Below are positions 39,338-49,699 of a DNA stretch of 64,000 bases, piece by piece. The position numbers were made by a program, and so were the translations under genes. Within the stretch, counting starts at the first letter, position 1; each line of letters starts with the position of its first letter. Location of the stretch: contig CAXXWQ010000004.1 of NCBI GenBank assembly GCA_963674945.2, positions 1,248,001 to 1,312,000 of the forward strand, in the 5' to 3' direction. The notes under the pieces are model-generated. The model was not told the DNA's origin. It was given only the letters and a program-made list of their open reading frames with translations, and made no database searches. This DNA is from an uncultured Desulfosarcina sp. (GTDB taxonomy: Bacteria > Desulfobacterota > Desulfobacteria > Desulfobacterales > Desulfosarcinaceae).

Positions 39338-40816
39338 CTATCCGGACAGTATTTGAATGGTTGCCGTGCGAATCATATCAAACAGCAGCCCGGGAAAGAG
39401 TCCGAAAAGTACGATGACCGACACCAGGATCACCCGCGGCGTGGCCATGGCAATGGAGACGTCGGGCAAATGGACGAACCTTTCCACCGGTGGCCCGTAA
39501 CAGGTTTTCTGCACCACCCGCAGCATGAAAAGCGCACCCACGGCCAGGGCGGCGATGGCCAGCGCACCGGCAAGGGGGTAAACCCGGACACACGAAATAA
39601 AAACCACCACCTCTCCCCAGAAGCTGGCCAGACAGGGGACGCCGATACCGGCCAGGGCGGCGATGATGAAAAAACTGGCCGCCCGCGGCATGATCCGCGC
39701 GAGCCCCCCCAGGTCGGCGATGGCCTTGGTGTGCGTACGATCATAGACGTAGCCGACCGATGAGAAGAACAGCGCCGTCATGACGCCGTGGGCGAACATC
39801 TGAAACACCGCACCGTTGAGGCCGTCGACAGTAACGGTGGAAAGACCCAGTCCCACGATCCCCATGTGAGAGACACTGGAGTAGCCGATCACATATTTCA
39901 AGTCGGTCTGGCTCAATCCGACGAATACACCGTAGACGATCCCGCAGGTGGCCAGGGTGGCCATGAGCGGTGCCCAGTACTGCCAGCCCTCCGGGCAGAG
40001 AAAAATGCCCACCCGCAAGATGCCGAAGGCCCCGATCTTCATCAGGACACCGGCGTGAATCATGGAGACCGCCGTCGGTGCCGCCACGTGGCCCACCGGC
40101 GACCAGGTGTGAAAAGGGAACACGCCGGCCAGGATACCGAAGCCAATGTAAAGAAGGAGAAAGGCCAGTCGCTGTTCTCCCGGTGTAAACCGGTGACCCT
40201 GCATCAGGGCGATCAGATCAAAGCCCATGTTTCCGGAACTGATCACAAGGTAGACGATCGCCGGCAGAATCAGGGCGCTGCCCGCCAGCAGATACAGGGT
40301 CAGTTTCATGGCCCCGTACTCTTTGCGTGTGCTGCCCCAGATGGCGATGAGAAGATACATGGGAAACAGGGATACATCGAACCAGACGAAGATGAAAAAC
40401 AGATCCAGGGCCATGAACATGCCGAAGACACCGGTCACCAGCAGAAAAATCAGGGCGAAGAATTCCTTGACCCGCAGTTCCAGCTCCCACATCGTCAGGA
40501 CGGCGGTGAAAAAAACGATGCCGGTCAACAGCAGCATGGGCAGGGCGAATCCGTCCACGCCGTTATGATATGCGATGCCCAGCGAAGGAATCCAGTCCAC
40601 GCGTTCCACAAACTGAAACCCGCCGGCCTGTTTGTCGTACGCAACATACAGGTAAATGGAAATCAGCAGGGTCAGCCCGCTGAACACGGCGCTGACCGTC
40701 TTGATGACCCGCGTCTTGTGGGCGGGAGTAAACAGAATCGTCACCAGGCCGATGCCGCAGCACAGCAATAACATCGTCAATACAGGAAAGTATGCCATTT
40801 CATATGCCATGGTCAT
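39338..40816 (-). CDS. nuoM: NADH-quinone oxidoreductase subunit M
   Basis: 'PMYLLIAIWG', 'FPFHTWSP', 'YSSVSHMG', 'QMFAHG'. Confidence 0.93.
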   Translation of the reverse strand: MTMAYEMAYFPVLTMLLLCCGIGLVTILFTPAHKTRVIKTVSAVFSGLTLLISIYLYVAYDKQAGGFQFVERVDWIPSLGIAYHNGVDGFALPMLLLTGIVFFTAVLTMWELELRVKEFFALIFLLVTGVFGMFMALDLFFIFVWFDVSLFPMYLLIAIWGSTRKEYGAMKLTLYLLAGSALILPAIVYLVISSGNMGFDLIALMQGHRFTPGEQRLAFLLLYIGFGILAGVFPFHTWSPVGHVAAPTAVSMIHAGVLMKIGAFGILRVGIFLCPEGWQYWAPLMATLATCGIVYGVFVGLSQTDLKYVIGYSSVSHMGIVGLGLSTVTVDGLNGAVFQMFAHGVMTALFFSSVGYVYDRTHTKAIADLGGLARIMPRAASFFIIAALAGIGVPCLASFWGEVVVFISCVRVYPLAGALAIAALAVGALFMLRVVQKTCYGPPVERFVHLPDVSIAMATPRVILVSVIVLFGLFPGLLFDMIRTATIQILSG

Positions 40817-42708
40817 CCGCCCCATCCGATAAACAGTACCAGCCCGATCACCATGGCCACCATCACCATCAGCCGGTACTGGATCATAGTCTGATGCAGC
40901 CGCTCCATCATCTTTCCCAATCCGATGGTCGACAACCCCAGTCCATCCAGGGCACCGTCGATGACCCGCCGGTCATTTGCCGTAAAGAGCCGCGACACGG
41001 TTCCATAGATAAACCGGTCGAGAAATTGCCGGTAAAACCGGTCCAGGTACCAGCGCTCACCAAACAGCCGTGCCAGCGCCGGAATCCGTTCCACCCAGCC
41101 GATCTGGCTCGTTCCTTTGCGGCCGAATTCAAACCAGGCCTGGGCGATAGCCAGCACTGCCAGGGTTCCGGCCAAGATGGGCAACCATCCATGGTGCCCT
41201 TCGACAGTCTCCTTCAGGCCCTGGCCGATTACCAGAAAATCGTGCAGCGCCGTGTGGAAAAATCCCAGCAGAATCGTTGCGCCGGCTAGGAAAAAGAGGA
41301 CACCGACCATGGACCGCTCGCCCCCGACGTTATGGCGGGTGGCGTGTCCGCCGGCCTCTTGCGGTGCTTCCGTCTCCCGGGGAAAGAGAATAATGAAGAT
41401 CAGCCGGAAAGCGTAATAGGTCGTCAAAAATGCTCCGGTCAAGCCAGCCGCAAAGGCCAGCGGGTGGCCGCTGTCCAACAATCCGCCCAGGATCAGCTCT
41501 TTGCTGAAAAAACCCGAAAACGGCGGCAGGCCGGAAAGTGCGCCGGCACCCACGACCAGACAGACCAAGGTGGCGGCAAGCCCGCGTCCCCCTAGTCTGC
41601 CAATGGCGAAGACATCATTTGTATTAAAATGATGAATCAGCACGCCGGCGCAAAGGAAAAGCAGGGCCTTGAATCCGGCATGGGTGACCAGATGAAACAC
41701 GCCGGCAAAAAAGCTGCCGGCGCCTAAGGCCATGAGCATGAAACCCAGCTGGCTGATGGTCGAATAGGCCCAGACCTGTTTGATGTCGCGGGCCACCATG
41801 GCCATGGTCGACGCCAGCAGCATGCTGATCGTGCCGGTTGCCAGGCAGACACCCATCACCGTCGGCGAAAGTGAGAAAAAATCGAACAGCCGGGCAAACA
41901 GGTAGACACCGGCAGCCACCATGGTGGCCGAATGAAGCAGCGCGCTCACCGGCGTAGGGCCCTCCATGGCATCGGGAAGCCATGTAAGCAGCGGGAACTG
42001 GGCGCTTTTTCCTACGATGCCCCCGAAGATCAAGAGCCCGCTCAGGGTGGTCATGCCCGGCGACAGCCGATTGCCTGCCACCGCCGGCTCTATCAGAAAA
42101 GGAATGTCCAGTGTGCCCAACTGGAGCCAGAGCAATACCATCCCCATGAGAAATGCCACGTCACCCGTACGCGTCATGACAAAGGCCTTCTTGCCTGCCG
42201 CGCTGGCACTGAATTTCTCGAACCAGAATCCGATTAAGAAATAAGAAGAGAGTCCCACCAGTTCCCAGAAAATATAAAGCTGCACCAAAGAGCTGGAGAC
42301 GGTAAGGGTCAGCATCGCCCAGGCAAAAAGAGACATAAAGCCGTAATACCGTCCGAAGCCGGGATCTCCGGCCATGTACCCCAAGGAGTAGACCTGCACC
42401 AGAAAACTGATGGCAGCCACCACGGTGAACATCACGAGGCTCAGGGGATCGAGAAGAATACCGATGGGCACGGCGAATCGGCCGGCACTCATCCAGACCG
42501 TCTGATAGACCATCGGCTGTGTCATATGCCAGTGCCCGGCCAGCAGGTAAATAGCCGTTAGCAGCGAGAACCCGACAGAAGCAATGGAGATAGCCGCCGA
42601 AAGGCGATGCCGGCTGCGCGTGCCGATCATGATCACACCAAAGGAAATCAGCGGCAACGCCAATGCGAAAACAGTGATGATCAGACTGGTGGAAGAAGAT
42701 ATACTCAT
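40813..42708 (-). CDS. nuoL: NADH-quinone oxidoreductase subunit L
   Basis: 'GKSAQFPLLTWLPDAMEGPTPVSALLHSATMV', 'AYSTISQLG'. Confidence 0.95.
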   Translation of the reverse strand: MSISSSTSLIITVFALALPLISFGVIMIGTRSRHRLSAAISIASVGFSLLTAIYLLAGHWHMTQPMVYQTVWMSAGRFAVPIGILLDPLSLVMFTVVAAISFLVQVYSLGYMAGDPGFGRYYGFMSLFAWAMLTLTVSSSLVQLYIFWELVGLSSYFLIGFWFEKFSASAAGKKAFVMTRTGDVAFLMGMVLLWLQLGTLDIPFLIEPAVAGNRLSPGMTTLSGLLIFGGIVGKSAQFPLLTWLPDAMEGPTPVSALLHSATMVAAGVYLFARLFDFFSLSPTVMGVCLATGTISMLLASTMAMVARDIKQVWAYSTISQLGFMLMALGAGSFFAGVFHLVTHAGFKALLFLCAGVLIHHFNTNDVFAIGRLGGRGLAATLVCLVVGAGALSGLPPFSGFFSKELILGGLLDSGHPLAFAAGLTGAFLTTYYAFRLIFIILFPRETEAPQEAGGHATRHNVGGERSMVGVLFFLAGATILLGFFHTALHDFLVIGQGLKETVEGHHGWLPILAGTLAVLAIAQAWFEFGRKGTSQIGWVERIPALARLFGERWYLDRFYRQFLDRFIYGTVSRLFTANDRRVIDGALDGLGLSTIGLGKMMERLHQTMIQYRLMVMVAMVIGLVLFIGWGG

Positions 42709-42710
42709 TC

Positions 42711-43028
42711 TCAGCCAGCGCCTCCTTCTCCAATGGCGTCGTCCATGGCCGGATCGACGGATCCGGTGTGCCGGTAATATCCGATGATGGCGGCAAGACC
42801 CACGGCGACTTCAGTGGCGGCAATGGTCAGGATGAAAATCACCACAGCCTGCCCTTCCATCTGCCCCCAGCGCAACGCCGCACCGACAAACACCATGGCG
42901 CCGGCATTGAGCATGATCTCGATGCCTAGCAGCATCATGACCAGGTTACGCCGGGCAAGGGCGGCAAAAAGCCCCAACGCGAACAAAATGGTCGATAACA
43001 CGAGTAGATGACTGAACGGAACGATCAT
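42711..43028 (-). CDS. nuoK: NADH-quinone oxidoreductase subunit K
   Basis: 'RRNLVMMLLGIEIMLN', 'AATEVAVGLA'. Confidence 0.93.
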   Translation of the reverse strand: MIVPFSHLLVLSTILFALGLFAALARRNLVMMLLGIEIMLNAGAMVFVGAALRWGQMEGQAVVIFILTIAATEVAVGLAAIIGYYRHTGSVDPAMDDAIGEGGAG

Positions 43029-43552
43029 GTCGTCTCCTCCTTTACCACATCTTTCGACCGACGAGTTCTCAGGCCGAGCAGGTAGGCGCACACCAATGCC
43101 ACCAGCAGCAGCAGGGAAGCGATCTCCACGGCCAGCCAGTGGTTTTGAAAAAGGTAGTTGCCGAAATCCATTGGATCGGCCTGGGCGGCAACCATGGGCC
43201 GCCATGCGGCGGCATCTTTGTCCAGCAGTTGCGTGCTGACGATCACAAATCCGAGGCTGATGAATATCGCCGGCACCAGTTGATTGACCGGAAAGAACAT
43301 TCCCGGCGCCTTTTTCAAGCGGATCATCATGATCAGGAACAAAAACAGGACCATGATCGCGCCGGCGTATATGATAATCTCCAGAGCGGCCAGGAACGGT
43401 GCGCCCAAAAGGTAAAACAGCATGGCCGTTCCGAAAAAGGAGAGCACCAAGTAGAGCACCGCGTGCACCATGTTGCGCCGTGTCACGGCTATGGACGTGG
43501 CAGAGACGATCAACAGGGCAATGGCATAAAATAGAAAAGTAAGTATCGACAT
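43025..43552 (-). CDS. nuoJ: NADH-quinone oxidoreductase subunit J
   Basis: 'VHAVLYL', 'IIIYAGAIMVLFLF', 'EIASLLLLVAL'. Confidence 0.93.
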   Translation of the reverse strand: MSILTFLFYAIALLIVSATSIAVTRRNMVHAVLYLVLSFFGTAMLFYLLGAPFLAALEIIIYAGAIMVLFLFLIMMIRLKKAPGMFFPVNQLVPAIFISLGFVIVSTQLLDKDAAAWRPMVAAQADPMDFGNYLFQNHWLAVEIASLLLLVALVCAYLLGLRTRRSKDVVKEETT

Positions 43553-43641
43553 GATTCCTTTTCTCTATCGATTATCGATCTACTCATCTCATGAAACCAA
43601 AAAATCTAGTGCATGGGGCCAAAGGCCGCATCCACGAAATT

Positions 43642-44226
43642 TTAAGGAAGATTACTCTTAACATCAACCGGTGGCGCCTCATTCAAATGTTCGCCTTTAT
43701 CTTTCTGGCCGGTTGTCACGCCGGCAACCTCATAAAAATTGTAGGATGGATCTTTCCCACAGCCCTCCACCAGCAGATCCTCTTTTTCGAACACCAGGGT
43801 GAGGATGTCTCGCTGTACGTTTTCGAAATCAGGGGTGAGTTGAATCGCAGATGTTGGGCAGGCCTCCTCGCACAACCCGCAGTAGATACAGCGGCCGAAG
43901 TTGATGCGGAACCAGCGGGCGTATCGTCGTCCATCGGGCTTCTCCGCGCTCTGCATGGAGATGCAGCTCACCGGACAGACCGCCGAGCAGAGATAGCAGG
44001 CCACGCACCGTTCCCGGCCGTCGGGATCACGGGTCAGCACGATGCGTGCACGCGAGCGGGCGGGAAGCTCTCGCTTTTCCTCGGGATAGGACTCGGTAAT
44101 CGGTTTGCGCACCAGGTGCTTGGCTGTGGTGGCAAAGCCCTCCACCATGGCTTTTGTGGCCGACCAACCCGAATTCTCTTCCGGTCGTAATGGTTTGGCA
44201 TTCGTTTTTGTTTTGCCTTTCGCCAT
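43642..44226 (-). CDS. nuoI: NADH-quinone oxidoreductase subunit I
   Basis: Two 4Fe-4S motifs, '[12 protein letters not shown]' and '[12 protein letters not shown]'. Confidence 0.95.
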   Translation of the reverse strand: MAKGKTKTNAKPLRPEENSGWSATKAMVEGFATTAKHLVRKPITESYPEEKRELPARSRARIVLTRDPDGRERCVACYLCSAVCPVSCISMQSAEKPDGRRYARWFRINFGRCIYCGLCEEACPTSAIQLTPDFENVQRDILTLVFEKEDLLVEGCGKDPSYNFYEVAGVTTGQKDKGEHLNEAPPVDVKSNLP

Positions 44227-44245
44227 CTTAGCTCACCTGCATCCA

Positions 44246-45238
44246 TTATGGTTGGACAAATTGTATAAACATCCCCGTCAGCACGATATTGATCAGCGAC
44301 ACCGGGATCAATACCTTCCAGCCCAGTGCCATGAGCTGGTCGTACCGGAGGCGCGGAAGGGTTCCACGCGTCCAGATCATCACCAGAGCCACGATGAAAA
44401 TCTTGATCAGCAGCCAGACGATGGGTGGCAGCAACGGCCCGTGCCAGCCACCGAGAAAGAAGACCGCCATCAATGCGCCCAGCACCTGGATATTCACATA
44501 CTCGCCCAGAAAAAAGAGACCGAATCGCATGCCCGAGTACTCCATGTGAAACCCTGCTCCCAACTCGTTTTCCGCTTCGGGCAAATCAAAGGGAATACGC
44601 TTGCTCTCCGCCATGGCACTGATCAGGAAGATGACAAAGGAGATCGGCTGAAGTACGATAAACGGTACCTTGGCCTGGGCATCCACGATGGCGGTCAGGC
44701 TGAAGGATCCTGCCAGCATCACCACCGGAACCAGGGAAAGCCCCAACGAGAGTTCATAGCTGATCATCTGCGCCGCACCGCGGATACCGCCCAGCAACGC
44801 AAACTTCGAATTGGATGCCCAGCCGCCCAGGGCCACCCCGTAAACGCCCAACGACGAGAGGGCAAAAACGTAAAGCAGGCCCACGTTCAGATCGCTGACC
44901 ACCATGGGAACGGTGCGGCCGAATATTTGGATGTCGGGTCCCAGCGGAACCACGGCGAACATCAGTATGGCCGTGACCGCCACCACTGCCGGAGCGAGGC
45001 GGAAAATCAATCCATCGGCCGCATCCGGCACGATGTCTTCCTTAAAAAGCAGCTTGACCGCATCGGCGATGGGCTGCATCAGGCCGAAGATGCCGGCACG
45101 GTTGGGGCCCAACCGCACCTGGAGCCGGGCCAACAGCTTTCGCTCCAGCCACACCAGATAACTGGCCGCCAGCAGCAGGCCGATCAGCATCACGCCGATT
45201 TTGAGCAGTAAAATGATGAGGCCCAGTAAGAATTCCAT
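44246..45238 (-). CDS. nuoH: NADH-quinone oxidoreductase subunit H
   Basis: 'ERKLLARLQVRLGPNRAG', 'PFDLPEAENEL', 'LPRLRYDQLM'. Confidence 0.96.
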   Translation of the reverse strand: MEFLLGLIILLLKIGVMLIGLLLAASYLVWLERKLLARLQVRLGPNRAGIFGLMQPIADAVKLLFKEDIVPDAADGLIFRLAPAVVAVTAILMFAVVPLGPDIQIFGRTVPMVVSDLNVGLLYVFALSSLGVYGVALGGWASNSKFALLGGIRGAAQMISYELSLGLSLVPVVMLAGSFSLTAIVDAQAKVPFIVLQPISFVIFLISAMAESKRIPFDLPEAENELGAGFHMEYSGMRFGLFFLGEYVNIQVLGALMAVFFLGGWHGPLLPPIVWLLIKIFIVALVMIWTRGTLPRLRYDQLMALGWKVLIPVSLINIVLTGMFIQFVQP

Positions 45239-45291
45239 TTCTTTTCCCGCCAAGATAGAATTGTCGTATCCTCGAACATGGAGCGCCACGC

Positions 45292-47739
45292 TCAGGGCTT
45301 TTCGCTTTCGACGGTAAGCGCTGAACACTTTACAACAAGGCGTGTCTCCCCCGCCACCTGCCACGCAAGCCCATGATGCCGGGGAACCACCAGCACGTTC
45401 GGCGCCATGTTCGGCTCAGCCAGAATCTGCGCGGTGAATCGTCCGCCATCGAAGGAGACGGTAAGCGTGGCATCTGTCTTCATTCCCAATTTTTCGATAG
45501 TCTCCGGATGCATGGCGGCCTCGGGCGGTGATGCGATGTCCTGCAACGCCGGTGATGCGGCGACCAGACGATCCGTACCGAAAGTCTTTTCCACCAAAAG
45601 AAGGGTGATGGATTCATCTGCCACGGATTCGTTCGCATGGTTCGTCGATGCTATCTGCTGTCGCGCTTGAGAGACGTTTCCTAGATCGATGCGTCCTTCG
45701 GCCGAATCGGTCAGGGGCGGTTTCAGCGAACGGTGGAATTCCTTCACGGCGGCATCCAATAGGTCGACGCCCTCATCCGCTGATGAGACATTCCCGGTCA
45801 TTGCAGCCAGGGCCTGCCAGGCGACAACGGGTTCTCCGCCGGCAATCCGTCCGCCGAACTCCCGTGGCGGATGGTCGCCTTTCCCGGTGATGGCGATCGG
45901 TTCACCACCGGCCATGACGGGGAGAGCCCTTTGCAGCCGCCCTTCCTGGTTGATCCAGTGACCGCCGGCTTCGTAAATGGATTGTGTGGGAATGAAGGTT
46001 TCCGCGTCTCGATTCAGCGGACTGTCCACATAATCGAGTACCACCAGATGGTCCAGCTGCTTCAGTGCCTTCCGTAGACGGGGCTGGTCAGGAAACGTGT
46101 GCCACAGGTCTGTCTCCACCCCCACCAGCACCCGCACTTCCCCTGCTTCCACATGGTCGAGAAGCGCATCCATGGAGACGGGTTCTCCGTCCTCACCCGC
46201 CAGAACGGCAGCGAATGTATTGGCGCTTTCCAGCACGTAGAAGAGGCCGACGGTCTTATGGACGGGACGCAGTGCATCGGCAAGGTCGGCAGCCAGAGAA
46301 ATATCCTCCGGCACAGTCGTGTGCGTACCACAAACGACCATGGGCCGCGGACTGCTGTTCAAACGCGCGACCAAATCACCGACCGGAAAACCATTCGGAT
46401 CGGCCAGAGATTGCACCGGACTGTCGGCAACCCCTTCAATCAAATTTCTCAACAAGGAGGCCATATCCGAAGGATGTACGGCCCAGTGGTCGAATTGCAG
46501 AGGCAGCCGGATCGCTCGCGGATCGATAATCGTCACCCGGCCGCCGCGACGCTTCATCTGGCGCAGGGAAAGGGCCAGCATGGGCGCTTCGTTCAATGGG
46601 TCCGCGCCGATCACGACCATTTCGTCTGCCGTGGCGATGTCGACCAGGGAAACAGCAAAATCCGGTGCCAGCCGTTCAACGGCAATTTTCGCGTTCAACG
46701 CCTGCCGCCGCGTCTGTGCCAAGACCGGTCCAGTCCACTGACTGTGACGACAGATTCGTTTCACCATGGCCAGGGTTTCCAGACTGCAGCGAGATGACGC
46801 CACCACTGCCACACTCTTCGAACCGGTTCTGGATACGCTGTCTTCGATGGCCTTCCTTGCCCTGTCCAGCCCTTTGTCGATTTCTGTCGTCGTCCCCTCG
46901 GCCATGGCCTGGCGCGGGCGATGGGCAACGCCGGCATAGGTGTACGCATAGCGTCCCCGGTCACAGATAAAATAACCGTTTACCGATGGATTGAGCCGTG
47001 CCTCGTGCCGCACCACCTGGCGATAGCGGGCAGACACGGTCAGATTACACCCTAAAGAGCAGTGCAGACAGATGGATGGCTGACGTTCGAAATCCCATCG
47101 CCGCCCGATGAAACGGGATGGCCTGTCTGTGTAGACACCTGTGGGACAGATATCGATCAGGTTTCCGGAAAAAGGACTTTCAAGGATACCGGAAGACGCA
47201 CGGCCAAAATAGACACGGCTGCCAATGCTCATCACGCCGAGATCCCGATAACCGGCAAACTCCTGGTAGTAGCGGACGCAGCGATAACATTGGATGCAGC
47301 GGTTCATTTCGTGCTGCACCAGCGGTCCCAGTTCCTGGTTTCGGTGGGTCCGCTTTCGTCCTAAATAGCGGCGAAGGCCGTGCCCTCCGGCAACGGTTAG
47401 ATCCTGCAACAGACAGTGCCCCCCCTCGTCACACACCGGACAATCATGGGGATGGTTGAGCATAAGAAATTCGATGATATGCCGCCGGAAATCCACGGCA
47501 TCGGCATCGGTGGTCGAGACCACCATGCCGTCTTGGGCATCGACCATGCAACTCATCTGGATGCCTTTGATCGGCCCCTCTTTGAAGGCCACAGCACAGA
47601 CACGGCAAGCGCCGACCGATCCCAGGGCCGGATGATAACAAAACCGGGGAATCACGATGCCCAGCCATTCGGCTGCCTCGATCACCTTGGTGCCTAAGGG
47701 AACGGTGACTTCCCGGTCATCTATTGTGAGGGTTGGCAT
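45292..47739 (-). CDS. nuoG: NADH-quinone oxidoreductase subunit G
   Basis: 'FCYHP...ACRVC', 'NHPHDCPVCDEGGHC', 'CIQCYRC', 'DICPTG', and extra cluster motif 'CLHCSLGC'. Confidence 0.95.
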   Translation of the reverse strand: MPTLTIDDREVTVPLGTKVIEAAEWLGIVIPRFCYHPALGSVGACRVCAVAFKEGPIKGIQMSCMVDAQDGMVVSTTDADAVDFRRHIIEFLMLNHPHDCPVCDEGGHCLLQDLTVAGGHGLRRYLGRKRTHRNQELGPLVQHEMNRCIQCYRCVRYYQEFAGYRDLGVMSIGSRVYFGRASSGILESPFSGNLIDICPTGVYTDRPSRFIGRRWDFERQPSICLHCSLGCNLTVSARYRQVVRHEARLNPSVNGYFICDRGRYAYTYAGVAHRPRQAMAEGTTTEIDKGLDRARKAIEDSVSRTGSKSVAVVASSRCSLETLAMVKRICRHSQWTGPVLAQTRRQALNAKIAVERLAPDFAVSLVDIATADEMVVIGADPLNEAPMLALSLRQMKRRGGRVTIIDPRAIRLPLQFDHWAVHPSDMASLLRNLIEGVADSPVQSLADPNGFPVGDLVARLNSSPRPMVVCGTHTTVPEDISLAADLADALRPVHKTVGLFYVLESANTFAAVLAGEDGEPVSMDALLDHVEAGEVRVLVGVETDLWHTFPDQPRLRKALKQLDHLVVLDYVDSPLNRDAETFIPTQSIYEAGGHWINQEGRLQRALPVMAGGEPIAITGKGDHPPREFGGRIAGGEPVVAWQALAAMTGNVSSADEGVDLLDAAVKEFHRSLKPPLTDSAEGRIDLGNVSQARQQIASTNHANESVADESITLLLVEKTFGTDRLVAASPALQDIASPPEAAMHPETIEKLGMKTDATLTVSFDGGRFTAQILAEPNMAPNVLVVPRHHGLAWQVAGETRLVVKCSALTVESEKP

Positions 47740-47796
47740 AATTCTCAGTATTCAGCTTTATTGAAAGGTTCAAGGCCTGTCCCTGCGAAAGAATGT

Positions 47797-49074
47797 TCAA
47801 TGTGCAAACGGGCATCCCTTGCCATCGATATGAGCAGTTATCTCATCTTCAAAATTGGCCAGCAGACTCTCGATGGGACCTACGCCGCCCGGGGCAAAGG
47901 CACAATAGGCTTTCCACAGGTGCTTGCAGATGGTTCGTATCCTGGGAATAAAGTCCGGTTCGCCCATTCCGTTTTCGATGCGTTGCAGCAAATCCCGCAG
48001 ATAGGGAAAGCCCTCCCGGCAGGGCGTGCACCATCCGCAGGATTCACGGGCGAAAAAGGTCGTCAGGTTCAAGGTGGCGGCCACCATGCAGGTATGCTCG
48101 TCGAATACCATGACCGCGCCGGTACCCAGGCGGTTGCCGACTTTTTTCAGTGAACCGAAGTCCATGGCGATGTCGTAGTGGTCCATGGTTAAAAACCCGG
48201 TGGAAGCGCCGCCCGGCAGGCAGGCCTTGAATCTGGCCCCATCTTTCATGCCGCCACAAACATCTTCGATAATCGTGGAGAGCCGGATGCCCAGTGGCAA
48301 TTCGTAACAACCGGGCCGGTTGACCTTTCCCGAAATACAAAACAGTTTGGTGCCGGCGGCATCGGAGGTGATCGCAAGATCCTTGAACCACTGGGCACCG
48401 TTTTGAACGATGTGCGGGATACAAGCCAGGGTTTCCACATTGTTGATCAGAGTGGGCTGATCCCACAGTCCCTTGTCGGTGGCATAGGGCGGCGGTTGTT
48501 TGGGATTGGGCCGCCGTCCCATCAGCGCGTTCAACTGGGCGGTAACTTCACCGCAAATATAGCGACCGCCGCTTCGATGCACGACGATATCGAAATGGTA
48601 GTCGCTTCCGAGGATTCTCTCACCCAGAAATCCCGCTTCCTTGGCCGATTCGATTTCCCGCTCCAGAATGCGGGCGGCACTTTCATACTCGGGGCGGATG
48701 AAAATGATACCGTGCGAGGCCCGGATGGAGTGGGCCGCAAGCGTCATTCCCTCGATGAGCATGTGCGGTTCGGCATGCAGGAAAACACGGTCCTTGAATG
48801 TACCGGGCTCCATCTCATCGGCGTTGCACACGACATAGCGTGGATGCGGCGCATCGTCCGCCACGGTGTTCAGCTTGATCCCTGCCGGAAAACCGGCACC
48901 ACCACGGCCGAGCAGGGCGGCATCGTTCAACACGGTTTTGACCGGCGCCGGATCACCGCTCTCAATCACCTGGCGCAGGGTCTCGTACCCACCGACCTGT
49001 CTGTATTCCGCCAACGTGGTGATGCGGTCCGGCTTGCGATGCTTGAACAGCACCTGAGGATAATCCGCACTCAT
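47797..49074 (-). CDS. nuoF: NADH-quinone oxidoreductase subunit F
   Basis: 'GRGGAGFP', 'NADEMEPGTFKDR', 'YICGE', 'ESCGWCTPCREG'. Confidence 0.95.
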   Translation of the reverse strand: MSADYPQVLFKHRKPDRITTLAEYRQVGGYETLRQVIESGDPAPVKTVLNDAALLGRGGAGFPAGIKLNTVADDAPHPRYVVCNADEMEPGTFKDRVFLHAEPHMLIEGMTLAAHSIRASHGIIFIRPEYESAARILEREIESAKEAGFLGERILGSDYHFDIVVHRSGGRYICGEVTAQLNALMGRRPNPKQPPPYATDKGLWDQPTLINNVETLACIPHIVQNGAQWFKDLAITSDAAGTKLFCISGKVNRPGCYELPLGIRLSTIIEDVCGGMKDGARFKACLPGGASTGFLTMDHYDIAMDFGSLKKVGNRLGTGAVMVFDEHTCMVAATLNLTTFFARESCGWCTPCREGFPYLRDLLQRIENGMGEPDFIPRIRTICKHLWKAYCAFAPGGVGPIESLLANFEDEITAHIDGKGCPFAH

Positions 49075-49547
49075 GATACGCGCTCTTTCAGGGTGGTGAT
49101 CAAACGATCGAGGGATTCGATGGTCAGCGGACCGTGAACCTTTCGATTCACCAGAATCGCCGGTGCCCGGTCGCAGTAGCCGATACAGCACACCGGCAGC
49201 ACGGTGAAAAGGCCGTCTGCCGTGGTTTCGCCCAGTTTTATGCCAAGCCGCTCACAGAGATGATCCACGAGATTCTCTTCTCCCTCCATCCAGCAGATCA
49301 CGCTGTCACATACATGAATGATATACCGACCCACCGGTTCCCGGTAAATGAAGGTATAGAAGGTTGCCAATTCCTCGAGTTCCAGTGGTGACATCCCCAG
49401 CAGATCGGCCGCACGGTCCAGGGCCTCGTCCGTCAGGTAGCCGAAATGATCCTGCAGACGGTTGACCAGGTCGATGGCCATCTCCCGCGGGTGGTCCACC
49501 GTTGCGATCATCGATTTCAACTCATTTTCAAGTGTTTCCGGAAGCAT
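49071..49547 (-). CDS. nuoE: NADH-quinone oxidoreductase subunit E
   Basis: 'ATFY', 'VCDSVIC', 'CCIGYCDRAP'. Confidence 0.94.
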   Translation of the reverse strand: MLPETLENELKSMIATVDHPREMAIDLVNRLQDHFGYLTDEALDRAADLLGMSPLELEELATFYTFIYREPVGRYIIHVCDSVICWMEGEENLVDHLCERLGIKLGETTADGLFTVLPVCCIGYCDRAPAILVNRKVHGPLTIESLDRLITTLKERVS

Positions 49548-49584
49548 AATTCTCACATGCGAAATCTTTACAACGAAGGTTCAT

Positions 49585-49694
49585 GCGGCTTTGTGAGAAG
49601 CCCGAGATCAGGACTTTTGGATCCATGAGGAGTGAGGCCGCTGCAGCGACGATGGATCCGCATAACGCCGACATCGGGTTTCTCACGAAGCCGC
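49585..49694. repeat. Dispersed palindromic element, divergent copy 3 (inside the nuo operon)
   Basis: gcggctttgtgagaagcccgagatc / gacatcgggtttctcacgaagccgc. Internal 'gaggagtgaggc..gcagcgacg' shared with copies 1 and 2. Confidence 0.8.
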
Positions 49695-49699
49695 CATAC